This document shows, piece by piece, positions 30,718 to 39,089 of a stretch of 62,760 bases of DNA. The stretch covers positions 1-62,760 of the forward strand of contig CAYFFR010000002.1 in assembly GCA_964342675.1 (NCBI GenBank). The letters run 5' to 3'. This DNA is from an uncultured Gammaproteobacteria bacterium. GTDB lineage: Bacteria; Pseudomonadota; Gammaproteobacteria; Magnimaribacterales; D2472. How positions within the stretch are numbered: position 1 is the stretch's first letter; every line of letters begins with the position of its first letter. The notes under the pieces are model-generated. The model worked only from the letters and a program-made list of their open reading frames with translations, did no database searches and had not been told where the DNA came from. Both the position numbers and the translations under genes were made by a program.

Positions 30718-31302
30718 ATGTTATATCTTGCCTCAAAATCGCCTAGAAGAGCAGATTTACTTATTCAAATGGGTATAAAATTTAAAGTGGTTGAAGTAAA
30801 TACAGCTGAGGCTATCGATCTTTCTATAAGCCCCAGAGACAATGCTGAGAAAATATCTGTTGTGAAATGTAAGCATGGTGCAGAACAAATAATTAAAGAT
30901 GCATTAGATGCAGTCATAATATCAGCAGACACTATTGTAGTACTTGGAAATAAAATTTTTGGTAAGCCTGAGTCCAAGGAACATGCCCTAAGTATGTTAA
31001 TGGAACTATCTGGAGAAGTTCATTCTGTATTTACTGGTGTTTCAATAGGGGTTTGGGATAAAAAATCATTAGACATACATACAATTTCAGTTGAAACGCT
31101 AGTTGAATTTGCTTCAATCAGTGCTCAAGAATATAGGAAATATATTGAGACGGATGAACCTTTTGATAAAGCTGGAGCATATGGGATTCAAGGAAAAGCT
31201 CAAAGCTTTGTAAAAGGCATCAAGGGAAGTTACTCTAATGTGGTTGGTTTGCCTATTTATGAAACACTAAGCTTATTAAATAGGCTAGGTATAAATTACT
31301 AG
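30718..31302 (+). CDS. maf: Maf-like nucleoside triphosphate pyrophosphatase
   Basis: 194 aa with LASKSPRRADLL, SADTIV and a C-terminal KAGAYGIQG...GSYSNVVGLP. Confidence 0.9.
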   Translation: MLYLASKSPRRADLLIQMGIKFKVVEVNTAEAIDLSISPRDNAEKISVVKCKHGAEQIIKDALDAVIISADTIVVLGNKIFGKPESKEHALSMLMELSGEVHSVFTGVSIGVWDKKSLDIHTISVETLVEFASISAQEYRKYIETDEPFDKAGAYGIQGKAQSFVKGIKGSYSNVVGLPIYETLSLLNRLGINY

Positions 31303-31325
31303 TATTTTCAGTAAATCGTTAAATC

Positions 31326-32447
31326 TTATAGTTTTATTTGCCCCAAAGCATATCTAACAAATACCTTTTTTAATGGTGAGAAAGCATCAACAAATTTTAA
31401 TCCATTATTTCTAATCAACCTGTAGTAAATATTATTATTTTGAAAAAGACTATTGATAGCATTAATCCCTTTGAGCATTGAGTCATTGATGATTTTTCGA
31501 CGCATTTCGTATTTCTTTAAGGTTGATAGTTCTCCTATAGCAAGTTTGTTATTAATTGCTTTATACAGCTCATCTCTTAAGACTTCTACGTCTGCAATTG
31601 CTAAATTTAAACCTTGGCCGGCTAATGGATGTATAGAGTGTGCAGAATCAGCTAATAAACATACTCCTGGCTCTGCATACTCTACAAAACGATGACCAAA
31701 AATATCGAATTTAAGAATGTTGCTATCTATAACAATATCAGCACCCAGTCTATTTGATACTCTAGATAAATTGGACTCAATATAGTCTGTTTCTTCTAAT
31801 TTGCTCCTAGGAATAGACCAAACTACACTCCATTCATTTTGACTTGTATTAATTGGCATAATTGCAAAAATCTCATTCTCATAGAATATCTGTGTAGCCT
31901 CAGAAGGATTAAGGTCTTCTGTAATAACAGTAAAAGTAAAAGCTGTTTGATTGTAATCATAGACATGGGACTTTTTATTAAACTGCTTAACTAAATCAGA
32001 TTGAAAGCTCTCAGTCAAAATTAGTAGATCCGTGTTAATATTCTTACCATTTGATAATTCACAGTTTACTGAACCACTAAATAAAAAATTCTTTATACAT
32101 AAGTCATGATGAAGGATGTCCCGTGTTTTATCTTCAAGAGATTTGTTAAGTTCATCGTAACGAACTACATATGCTAGATTCTCAATATTAAATTCATCTT
32201 TAGTAAAAGTAATTTTGCCCGACCCCTCACCATCCAGAACCTTGATAGATTCTATGGGTGAAGAGCAAAGACCTATATTAAGATCTTTTAGAACTTTATA
32301 AGACTGTGGGTTCAGGGTAACCGTTCTAATATTATTAAAGTCTTTCTTGTCAGAGCCAATGATCTCTGTCTCAACTTCAAGCTGATTTAGTCTTAAAGCT
32401 AGAACCTTGCTTGCAATTCCACTGCCGGCTACTAGACATTTATTCAT
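31326..32447 (-). CDS. ubiH: FAD-dependent ubiquinone-biosynthesis hydroxylase (UbiH/UbiF/UbiI family)
   Basis: N-terminal GSG dinucleotide fold and a conserved DSAHSIHPLAGQGLNLAIADV block. It lies immediately downstream of pepP, as ubiH does in E. coli and Pseudomonas. The paralogue assignment rests on synteny only. Confidence 0.65.
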   Translation of the reverse strand: MNKCLVAGSGIASKVLALRLNQLEVETEIIGSDKKDFNNIRTVTLNPQSYKVLKDLNIGLCSSPIESIKVLDGEGSGKITFTKDEFNIENLAYVVRYDELNKSLEDKTRDILHHDLCIKNFLFSGSVNCELSNGKNINTDLLILTESFQSDLVKQFNKKSHVYDYNQTAFTFTVITEDLNPSEATQIFYENEIFAIMPINTSQNEWSVVWSIPRSKLEETDYIESNLSRVSNRLGADIVIDSNILKFDIFGHRFVEYAEPGVCLLADSAHSIHPLAGQGLNLAIADVEVLRDELYKAINNKLAIGELSTLKKYEMRRKIINDSMLKGINAINSLFQNNNIYYRLIRNNGLKFVDAFSPLKKVFVRYALGQIKL

Positions 32448-32455
32448 AATAGAAT

Positions 32456-33748
32456 TTATGCCATCAAAGCTTCTATCTCTTTTGGAGATGATGGAACTGC
32501 ACTTGTAAGGTTATTATTCCCTTCCTTAGTTACCAAAATATCATCTTCTATTCTTATACCAATGCCTTTCCAATCATCTGCAACATCAGCATCAGAAGAA
32601 ATATAAATACCAGGCTCAATAGTAGTTACCATGCCTGGCTCAAATTTTCTAAACTGATTGTTTTCCATATATGCTCCAGCATCATGAACATCCAAACCCA
32701 TCCAGTGCCCAATCTTATGCATATAAAATTGTTTATAAGTCTCGTTTTCTATGTTTTCATCTAACGATCCTTTCAAAATTTTTAGATCTATTAAGCCTTG
32801 AGTAATAACTCTTTCAGAAATCTTTTGTGGTTCAATCACAGATCTGCCTGGCTTGACTGATTCTATTGCCTGTTTATGTGCTTCAAGCACAATCTCATAT
32901 ATAGCTAATTGATTTGAGCTAAATTTACCATTTACTGGATATGTTCTTGTTATGTCTGAAGCATAATTCTGATACTCAGCACCAGCATCTACCAAAACTA
33001 AATCTCCGTCCTGTAAAGGGTCAGAATTATCTACATAATGAAGAATGCATGCATTCTCACCTCCAGCAATTATGGGGTTATATGCAACAAATCTACCTCC
33101 ATTTTTTGCAAACTGGTATACATAAAAAGCCTCTAAGTCTTGCTCATTGAGGCCAGGCTTAACAAACTTCATGGCCTCCATATGCGCATTAGCAGAGATT
33201 TCACATGCTTTTCCTATAAGGGTAATTTCTGAATCGCTTTTTATTAATCTAGCCATACCAAGAGTTTCGGTTGCATCTGAAGGGTCTATCTTATGACTAT
33301 GTCTATCTTTGCTCTCTGCAACTCTTATCCAAGCATTTACCTTTTTATCAAACTCTGGAGTTTTACCAATTTCATATAGGACTTTTGATGCGCCTTGTAA
33401 TATACCAGGAGCTTTCTTCTCAAGCTCATTATTATCATATGCAAAATCAAAGCCGTAATCTGATTTTGCACCACTAGGCCCAGCTATATAACCATCCCAT
33501 ATCTCTTTAAGCTTATCCTTGGGTTGAACAAAAATATATGTGTTGATCTTGCCATTAAGATTTTTTATAAATATTGTTGCATCTGGTTCGTTGAACCCTG
33601 ATAGGTACCAAAAATTTGAATCTTGTCTAAAAGAAAAGGATGTGTCTGCATTTCTATATGAAATTGCTGCACCATTTACAATAAGCACACTATCTTTAGG
33701 TAATTTAGAGGCTATTTCAGCTCTTCTTGTGATAAACATCTTATCCAT
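32456..33748 (-). CDS. pepP: Xaa-Pro aminopeptidase
   Basis: 430 aa with an AMP_N domain plus M24 pita-bread ligand blocks (LVDAGAEYQNYASDITRT, HWMGLDVHD, EPGIY, IRIEDD). Confidence 0.9.
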   Translation of the reverse strand: MDKMFITRRAEIASKLPKDSVLIVNGAAISYRNADTSFSFRQDSNFWYLSGFNEPDATIFIKNLNGKINTYIFVQPKDKLKEIWDGYIAGPSGAKSDYGFDFAYDNNELEKKAPGILQGASKVLYEIGKTPEFDKKVNAWIRVAESKDRHSHKIDPSDATETLGMARLIKSDSEITLIGKACEISANAHMEAMKFVKPGLNEQDLEAFYVYQFAKNGGRFVAYNPIIAGGENACILHYVDNSDPLQDGDLVLVDAGAEYQNYASDITRTYPVNGKFSSNQLAIYEIVLEAHKQAIESVKPGRSVIEPQKISERVITQGLIDLKILKGSLDENIENETYKQFYMHKIGHWMGLDVHDAGAYMENNQFRKFEPGMVTTIEPGIYISSDADVADDWKGIGIRIEDDILVTKEGNNNLTSAVPSSPKEIEALMA

Positions 33749-33815
33749 TGCTACATTTTACTCTTTTATATTAGAAACTTCCCTTAAATTAATCTTCGAC
33801 TTAAACTTATATAAG

Positions 33816-34010
33816 ATGAATAAGAAGAAAATATCTAAAATCCAAGAATTAGAAGATAAAGTGGATGTTCTAATCAAGAAGTACCTAGAACAAAAAGGTA
33901 TTGTGGAGTCCTATATAGTTAAAGAAAGATCTTGGAAAGAGAAAAAGATTAATCACTCTGATGAGATTAGGTTGCTTAAAAAAACAATAAAAGAATTAAA
34001 GAATAAATAA
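33816..34010 (+). CDS. small coiled-coil protein preceding zapA (TIGR02449-like)
   Basis: 64-aa heptad-rich ORF (MNKKKISKIQELEDKVDVLIKKYLEQ...). The longer 156-aa track ORF is antisense to pepP upstream of this Met. The position matches the small coiled-coil gene upstream of zapA in Pseudomonas-type genomes. Confidence 0.5.
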   Translation: MNKKKISKIQELEDKVDVLIKKYLEQKGIVESYIVKERSWKEKKINHSDEIRLLKKTIKELKNK

Positions 34011-34013
34011 TAT

Positions 34014-34277
34014 ATGCCAAACAAAGAAATATTGTCGTTAAGAGTTATGGGTAGGGATATTTCAATTGCATGTCCTGCTGAAGAAAAAGATAATCTTAAA
34101 AAAGCTGCCAAAGTACTAAATGAAGAAATCTCTTCTGTACCAGATAAAAGTAATGCTCTAATACTTGCAGCATTAAATCTAGCCTACACTCAAATTGAGT
34201 CGAGTGGTGAATTAACACAGGCAGATGAAGAAATTTTAGAGTCCCTAATTTCGAAAATAGAAAATGCGATAGTATAA
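34014..34277 (+). CDS. zapA: cell division protein ZapA
   Basis: 87 aa with an N-terminal beta segment (LRVMGRDISIACPAEEKDNLKKAAKVLNEEI) followed by a coiled coil. The zapA-ssrS-5FCL synteny is conserved. Confidence 0.8.
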   Translation: MPNKEILSLRVMGRDISIACPAEEKDNLKKAAKVLNEEISSVPDKSNALILAALNLAYTQIESSGELTQADEEILESLISKIENAIV

Positions 34278-34280
34278 TCA

Positions 34281-34456
34281 GCATTGACTGGTTCATTTGC
34301 CAATACATTAATTATCTTTGAACCGATATTTAAAAAATAGGCAATATTCCACTGTCGATGTTGTGCATTACCTAAGGGGAAGCCTGATTCGATAAGATTT
34401 TTGCCACCTGGACAAACGGTTCAGGACAAATGTATAGCGGTGAATCGGTTTATTAG
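34281..34456 (+). ncRNA. ssrS: 6S RNA (ends approximate, +/-10 nt)
   Basis: A 187-nt non-coding gap sits between zapA and the 5-formyl-THF cyclo-ligase gene, the canonical ssrS locus. The ends pair: GACUGGUUC 34286-94 with GAAUCGGUU 34442-50, and CAUUUG 34294-99 with CAAAUG 34427-32. The central-bubble strand GAACCGAUAUUU resembles E. coli GAGCCGAUAUUU. GAAGCCU and a CCUGGAC/GUUCAGG hairpin lie on the 3' side. Confidence 0.8.
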
Positions 34457-34464
34457 CCTCCGTT

Positions 34465-35013
34465 ATGGTGAAATCTGAAATAAGAAAATTAATCCTTCTG
34501 CGGAGGCTAGGCTTAACAAATCAAGCCTATAAAAATTATTCAACAATTATCCAAGAGCATTTGCTTTCTAGCGAGCTTTTTATAACAAGCAGTGTCATAG
34601 GAATATACATGCCTATCAAGAATGAAGTAGATACAAATAGTATTATTCAAAATGCACTTAGTTTAAATAAAACTATCGTAATACCAAGGATAGATGATGC
34701 AAAAATAACCTTTACTAGGTATAAAGACAATATGAGTCTAACCAAGAATCAATATGGTATTCCTGAGGTAAGCAATGGTAAAGATTTTAAAGGAAATATA
34801 GATCTTCTAGTTTGTCCTGCAATTGCAATGGATAATGCAGGGAATAGGGTCGGTTATGGCAAGGGGTTTTATGATAAAGCCCTAATTACAATGCAAAAAT
34901 GTACTGCAATCGCATTGATCTTTGATTGTCAAAGGGTTGATAAAATTGATATAGAGGATCATGACATTGGACTCCCCTACTCTTGCAGTGAAGAGGGGAT
35001 TTTAAAGCATTGA
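34465..35013 (+). CDS. 5-formyltetrahydrofolate cyclo-ligase
   Basis: 182 aa with the characteristic GYGKGFYD motif, directly downstream of 6S RNA (the ygfA position). Confidence 0.8.
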   Translation: MVKSEIRKLILLRRLGLTNQAYKNYSTIIQEHLLSSELFITSSVIGIYMPIKNEVDTNSIIQNALSLNKTIVIPRIDDAKITFTRYKDNMSLTKNQYGIPEVSNGKDFKGNIDLLVCPAIAMDNAGNRVGYGKGFYDKALITMQKCTAIALIFDCQRVDKIDIEDHDIGLPYSCSEEGILKH

Positions 35014-36138
35014 AATTTTAGAAGACTTTATGAATTCTATAATGTCTTGTGCTAAAAGTTTGGGATTCTCCAGTGCAGCAAAATGACCACCAGGGTGATT
35101 TTTCCAATGCGTTATATTATAGATTTTGTCTGCCCAAGCCTTTGGTGGTCGAACGATTTCATGCTCGAATATTGCACATCCGGTTGGCTGAACAACAGGA
35201 TCAAAAGAAAATCCAGCTTGCCCATTTTCAAAATATAATCTAGTGGATGAGGTTATTGAATTAGTAAACCAATACAATGAAATAATAGCTAAAACCTCAT
35301 CCAAAGGAATGACTAATGCATCATGGTCATCATTAGTCCAAGCATGAAACTTCTCAATTATCCATCCAGCAAGCCCAATAGGTGAGTCAGATAAAGCATA
35401 GCCAAGGGTTTGAGGCTTGGTGCTTTGGATAGCAAAATATCCAAAACCTTTTTCATTGTATTTCTCAAAATTTTTCATTGCTTTAATTTCTTCCTCCGAA
35501 ACATCTTTCATAGGATTATCACCTTCTGGTGGAAAAGCTAAAACTAAATTTAGATGTAGTCCTACACAATTATCTTTAAACAAATCAGCCATCCATTTAC
35601 TTACTGTTGATCCCCAGTCTCCACCTTGAGCGATATATTGGTTATAGCCCAGCTCTAACATTAGCTCATGTTCAATTTTTGCAATTTCTTTTGAATTAGT
35701 ACCAAGCTTGGATGGCTTATATGAAAAACCATATCCAGGCATTGAGGGGCAAACAACATTGAATGAAATACCGTCCATGCCTTTATTTAGCAAAGGTATT
35801 ATCTTAAGAAACTCTTGCACACTCCCTGGCCAACCATGAGTCATGATAATGGGTATTGCATTTGGATCTCTAGACTTGCTATGAAGAAAATGAATGTTGT
35901 TGCCATCGCTTGTCTTATACATGAAGCTACCTATCTCATTTAGTTTTGCCTCGTGATCCCTCCAATCGAAGTCTGATTTCCAATAATTAGATACCCCTTT
36001 AAGATAGTTCAAGCTCGTGCCTAAACTCCACTTTTTATCATTGATTTCATCAGGCCATCTAGTTAAAGAGATTTTATTGTGTAGTTTATCTATAGCTTCA
36101 TCAGAAACAGATACTAAATAATCAGATATTTTTTTCAT
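35002..36138 (-). CDS. epoxide hydrolase (microsomal-type, EHN N-terminal domain + alpha/beta fold)
   Basis: 378 aa with an EHN-like N-terminus (RWPDE...DWRDHEAKLN), the oxyanion motif HGWPGS and a nucleophile region GGDWGS. The start overlaps the ilvA stop (ATGA). Confidence 0.8.
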   Translation of the reverse strand: MKKISDYLVSVSDEAIDKLHNKISLTRWPDEINDKKWSLGTSLNYLKGVSNYWKSDFDWRDHEAKLNEIGSFMYKTSDGNNIHFLHSKSRDPNAIPIIMTHGWPGSVQEFLKIIPLLNKGMDGISFNVVCPSMPGYGFSYKPSKLGTNSKEIAKIEHELMLELGYNQYIAQGGDWGSTVSKWMADLFKDNCVGLHLNLVLAFPPEGDNPMKDVSEEEIKAMKNFEKYNEKGFGYFAIQSTKPQTLGYALSDSPIGLAGWIIEKFHAWTNDDHDALVIPLDEVLAIISLYWFTNSITSSTRLYFENGQAGFSFDPVVQPTGCAIFEHEIVRPPKAWADKIYNITHWKNHPGGHFAALENPKLLAQDIIEFIKSSKISML

Positions 36139-37679
36139 TGTAAGAAGTTTTTAAATCCAATATTGTCGGTCTCCTCAACAAACTGATAATCAAGTTTACT
36201 TAAATGTGAGTCCAAAGTAGATTTTTTTCCTGCATCATCTTGAATGCCTATTAGGACATTTGCAAAAGCTGATCCTAGATTACGATAGTGAAATAAAGAT
36301 ATGTTCCAGGTTGATCCAAATTGTTTTAAAAAGTCTAATAATGCTGCCGGTTTAACTGGAAACATGCACCTAAAGATTCTTTCATTAAATTTTGTGGATG
36401 GAGCGAGATGGCCTCCAACCATGTGGCGCAAATGATCATTTGAAATTAAGTTATTTGTAAGATCAGAAAACTTAAACTGACTTTTCTTTAACTTGGTTTT
36501 TAAAGATTTAAAATTGTCATCATTCTCAACTTTAATGCCTACTAAAACATGCGCTAATACGTTGTCTGCATATCTATAGTTAAACTCCGTAATTTGTGAT
36601 TTCCCAAAAACTCTGCATAACTTTAAAAAACTACCTGGTTTTTCAGGAATATTGATGCTTAAGAATTTCTCTTTTTTTTCTCCAACCTCAGATCTTTCAA
36701 CTATATAACTAAGTCTTTCAAAGTTTATATTAGCTCCACTACTAATAGCTAATAAGTTTTTACTGCTTATCTTTGAAGCATATTTTTTTAGACCAGCTAA
36801 TGCTAAAGCCCCGGCTGGCTCTGATAAGACTCTAGTGTCTTCAAAAATATCTTTAACAGCCGCACATACTTCATCTATGCTAACCGTGATGACTCCATCG
36901 ACACATTCTTTAATAACCTCAAAAGTATATTTTCCAATTTGGTCAACAGCTACACCATCGGCAAATAGACCAACTTCTCTGAGTTTTACTCTTTTATTAA
37001 ATTTAATTGCTTCTGCAAGACATGCAGAATCATCTACCTCAACACCATATATCTTAACTTTTGGATTGTGCTGAGCAATCCAAGCTGAAACCCCAGCTAG
37101 AAGACCCCCTCCTCCTACAGGAACAAAGATTACATCATACTCATTCTTGTCATCTAGAATTTCTTTTCCAATGGTTCCCTGTCCTGCAATAGTCAAAGGA
37201 TCATCATAGGCAGATATATATTCCATGCCTTTCTGTTTGCAAATTTGTTGGGCCTTCTTTGCAGCTAAATTGTAGTTATCTCCATGGAGTAAAATTTTTG
37301 ATCCAAATGATAAAACTGATTTAATCTTAATCTCTGGTGTAGTAACTGGCATTACAATTAGGCATGGAATATTTAATTCCTTACATGCATTAGCAACACC
37401 CTGAGCATGATTGCCTGCAGAGGCTGTTATTACACCTCTCTTTTTCTGTAATTTAGATAAATTAGAAATCTTGTTATATGCTCCTCTATTTTTAAAAGAA
37501 AAAACTGGTTGTAAGTCTTCTCGTTTTAAAAAAACTTTATTGTTGAGCTTTATAGATAAATTTTTAGCATATGTGATGGGTGTCATAATTGCTGTTTCAT
37601 AAACAGTGGAGTTTCTAATCAATCTTAAATATTGTTTGGACTTAGAAAATTTTCCAGTCTTTTTTATCTTTAATCTCAT
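36135..37679 (-). CDS. ilvA: biosynthetic threonine ammonia-lyase (threonine dehydratase)
   Basis: PLP-lysine motif FSFKNRGA, GGGGL loop and two C-terminal ACT-like regulatory repeats. The start is placed at the Met at 37679 (514 aa, as in E. coli IlvA). The 18-codon upstream extension overlaps rpiA. Confidence 0.9.
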   Translation of the reverse strand: MRLKIKKTGKFSKSKQYLRLIRNSTVYETAIMTPITYAKNLSIKLNNKVFLKREDLQPVFSFKNRGAYNKISNLSKLQKKRGVITASAGNHAQGVANACKELNIPCLIVMPVTTPEIKIKSVLSFGSKILLHGDNYNLAAKKAQQICKQKGMEYISAYDDPLTIAGQGTIGKEILDDKNEYDVIFVPVGGGGLLAGVSAWIAQHNPKVKIYGVEVDDSACLAEAIKFNKRVKLREVGLFADGVAVDQIGKYTFEVIKECVDGVITVSIDEVCAAVKDIFEDTRVLSEPAGALALAGLKKYASKISSKNLLAISSGANINFERLSYIVERSEVGEKKEKFLSINIPEKPGSFLKLCRVFGKSQITEFNYRYADNVLAHVLVGIKVENDDNFKSLKTKLKKSQFKFSDLTNNLISNDHLRHMVGGHLAPSTKFNERIFRCMFPVKPAALLDFLKQFGSTWNISLFHYRNLGSAFANVLIGIQDDAGKKSTLDSHLSKLDYQFVEETDNIGFKNFLQ

Positions 37680-37712
37680 TTTCAAATTCTTAAATTTGTT
37701 TATTATACAGAG

Positions 37713-38348
37713 ATGAAAGAAGCAAAGATGCAAGTTGCTAAAAAGGCATACATTGAAATACAGAATGACATTAGTGCTGATACCGTCCTAGGAATTGGAA
37801 CTGGATCAACGGTCGACTGTTTTATAGACATTCTTGGAAAAGAAAGACCTCGTTTGAAAGGTGCTGTATCTAGCTCAGAGAGATCGACTAATCTCTTAAG
37901 ATCAATAGGTATTAAGGTTTATGATCTAAATGATGTAACCGAAATTAATTACTATATAGATGGAGCAGATGAAGTAGATGGAAAAAATTTCTTAATAAAA
38001 GGTGGTGGTGGAGCAATGACTAGAGAAAAAATAGTTGCTGCTGCATCTAATATATTTATTTGTATTGTTGATTCTTCAAAAATAGTTAGCGGTTTAGGGG
38101 GTTTTGGAATACCCATCGAAGTGCTAAGTGAAAGTTTAAATTATGTTACTCAAGAGATTAAAAAACTTGGTGGTAACCCAATATTAAGAGATGGCTTTAT
38201 CACTGATAGTGGCAATCAAATTATTGATATTAAAGATATAAATATAGCTGACCCTTTAGAGCTAGAAAAAACTCTTAATTCAATTCCAGGGGTTGTAGAA
38301 AACGGAATCTTTGCTCAACAAAGACCCAATCTAGTCTTAGTTGATTAA
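37713..38348 (+). CDS. rpiA: ribose-5-phosphate isomerase A
   Basis: GIGTGST, DGADEVD and KGGGGAMTREK motifs. The start could also be the ATG at 37728. Confidence 0.9.
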   Translation: MKEAKMQVAKKAYIEIQNDISADTVLGIGTGSTVDCFIDILGKERPRLKGAVSSSERSTNLLRSIGIKVYDLNDVTEINYYIDGADEVDGKNFLIKGGGGAMTREKIVAAASNIFICIVDSSKIVSGLGGFGIPIEVLSESLNYVTQEIKKLGGNPILRDGFITDSGNQIIDIKDINIADPLELEKTLNSIPGVVENGIFAQQRPNLVLVD

Positions 38349-38885
38349 ATTTGAATCTTGTTCCAAAGCTTCTTTCAAATCAGTTAAAAGTATTCCAGAG
38401 TCTGGATCAACTCCCTGTTTGTATCTTTTAACTGTTTCTCCATCTCTATAGATTAAATATTTATTAAAGTTCCATGATGGGTAGTGACCTGTGGCTTTAG
38501 CTAATTTATGATAAAAGGAGTGGGCATTTTTCCCTCTAACTTTTGTGGTAGCTAGCATTGGAAATGTCACTCCATAAGTAGTTGAGCAAAAATCTGCCAC
38601 TTTTGATTCATCTCTTAGTTCTTGCCAAAAATCTCGAGACGGGAAGCCTAAAACAATTAAGCCTTCATCTTTGTAATTTTGATAAAGCTTTTGTAAGCCA
38701 TCATATTGGTATGTATAGCCACATCTGCTTGCAACATTAACGACTAAAATAACTTTCCCCTGCATATCACAAAAATTTAAATATTGATCTGAATCTAAAG
38801 CTCTAACCTCCTCATCCAATAAAGATGGACAAGATATAGAATAAAAAGAAATTGATAGGATTGATAAAAAGATAAAATTACGCAT
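38337..38885 (-). CDS. glutathione peroxidase family protein (Cys-type) with signal peptide
   Basis: 182 aa with an N-terminal signal-like segment, active-site VNVASRCGYT (Cys, not Sec), LGFPS..F and WNFNKYL blocks. Confidence 0.85.
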   Translation of the reverse strand: MRNFIFLSILSISFYSISCPSLLDEEVRALDSDQYLNFCDMQGKVILVVNVASRCGYTYQYDGLQKLYQNYKDEGLIVLGFPSRDFWQELRDESKVADFCSTTYGVTFPMLATTKVRGKNAHSFYHKLAKATGHYPSWNFNKYLIYRDGETVKRYKQGVDPDSGILLTDLKEALEQDSNLIN

Positions 38886-38894
38886 TACAAAATG

Positions 38895-38996
38895 CTACAT
38901 GATTGGGGCTATCGCGTAAATACTTGTTAAGAATAATAGAATTAATACGATTAACTCTAAATTATGCTGTATTTTTCTTATAGTTTTAATGCTCAT
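38895..38996 (-). CDS. possible 33-aa hydrophobic small ORF upstream of gpx (speculative)
   Basis: The minus strand encodes MSIKTIRKIQHNLELIVLILLFLTSIYAIAPIM then TAG. It ends 9 nt before, and in frame with, the gpx ATG. AAGGA lies too close to the ATG for a normal SD. A 33-codon ORF also exists on the plus strand (38964-39065), so coding is not established. Confidence 0.2.
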   Translation of the reverse strand: MSIKTIRKIQHNLELIVLILLFLTSIYAIAPIM

Positions 38997-39010
38997 ATCC
39001 TTATTAAAAT

Positions 39011-39084
39011 AGGAGGGCTTATAACCCTCCTAAACTTTCAGAGAATGTCAGCATTACATACATAGGGGGAAGAGGAGTGCTGAC
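39011..39084. other. two GC-rich hairpins in the gpx / fadB-like spacer (candidate sRNA, structured leader or attenuator; strand unresolved)
   Basis: Hairpin 1: AGGAGGG (39011-17) / CCCTCCT (39025-31), 7-nt loop. Hairpin 2: GTCAGCA (39047-53) / TGCTGAC (39078-84), with a 24-nt loop containing GGGGGAAGAGGAG. On the minus strand, a TTGATA-16 nt-TATAAT promoter-like pair (39118-39091) precedes hairpin 2, and hairpin 1 is followed by AUUUUAAU. Confidence 0.4.
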
Positions 39085-39089
39085 AACAT

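Noticed and set aside
33540-33815. N-terminal 92 codons of the 156-aa ORF upstream of zapA
   Set aside because: This part is antisense to the well-supported pepP gene. Only the distal 64-codon coiled-coil part, from the ATG at 33816, lies in the spacer. Similar over-extended starts were trimmed for ilvA (37680-37733), orn (47906-47995), the alpha/beta hydrolase (20176-20301), ubiB, tatC and thiE.
38895-38897. In-frame TAG between the small hydrophobic ORF and gpx as programmed recoding (Sec/Pyl or read-through)
   Set aside because: Selenocysteine uses TGA, and the gpx active site here is a Cys codon. No Pyl machinery or read-through context is visible. gpx already has its own signal peptide after the TAG. 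Same-frame coincidence has a 1 in 3 probability.
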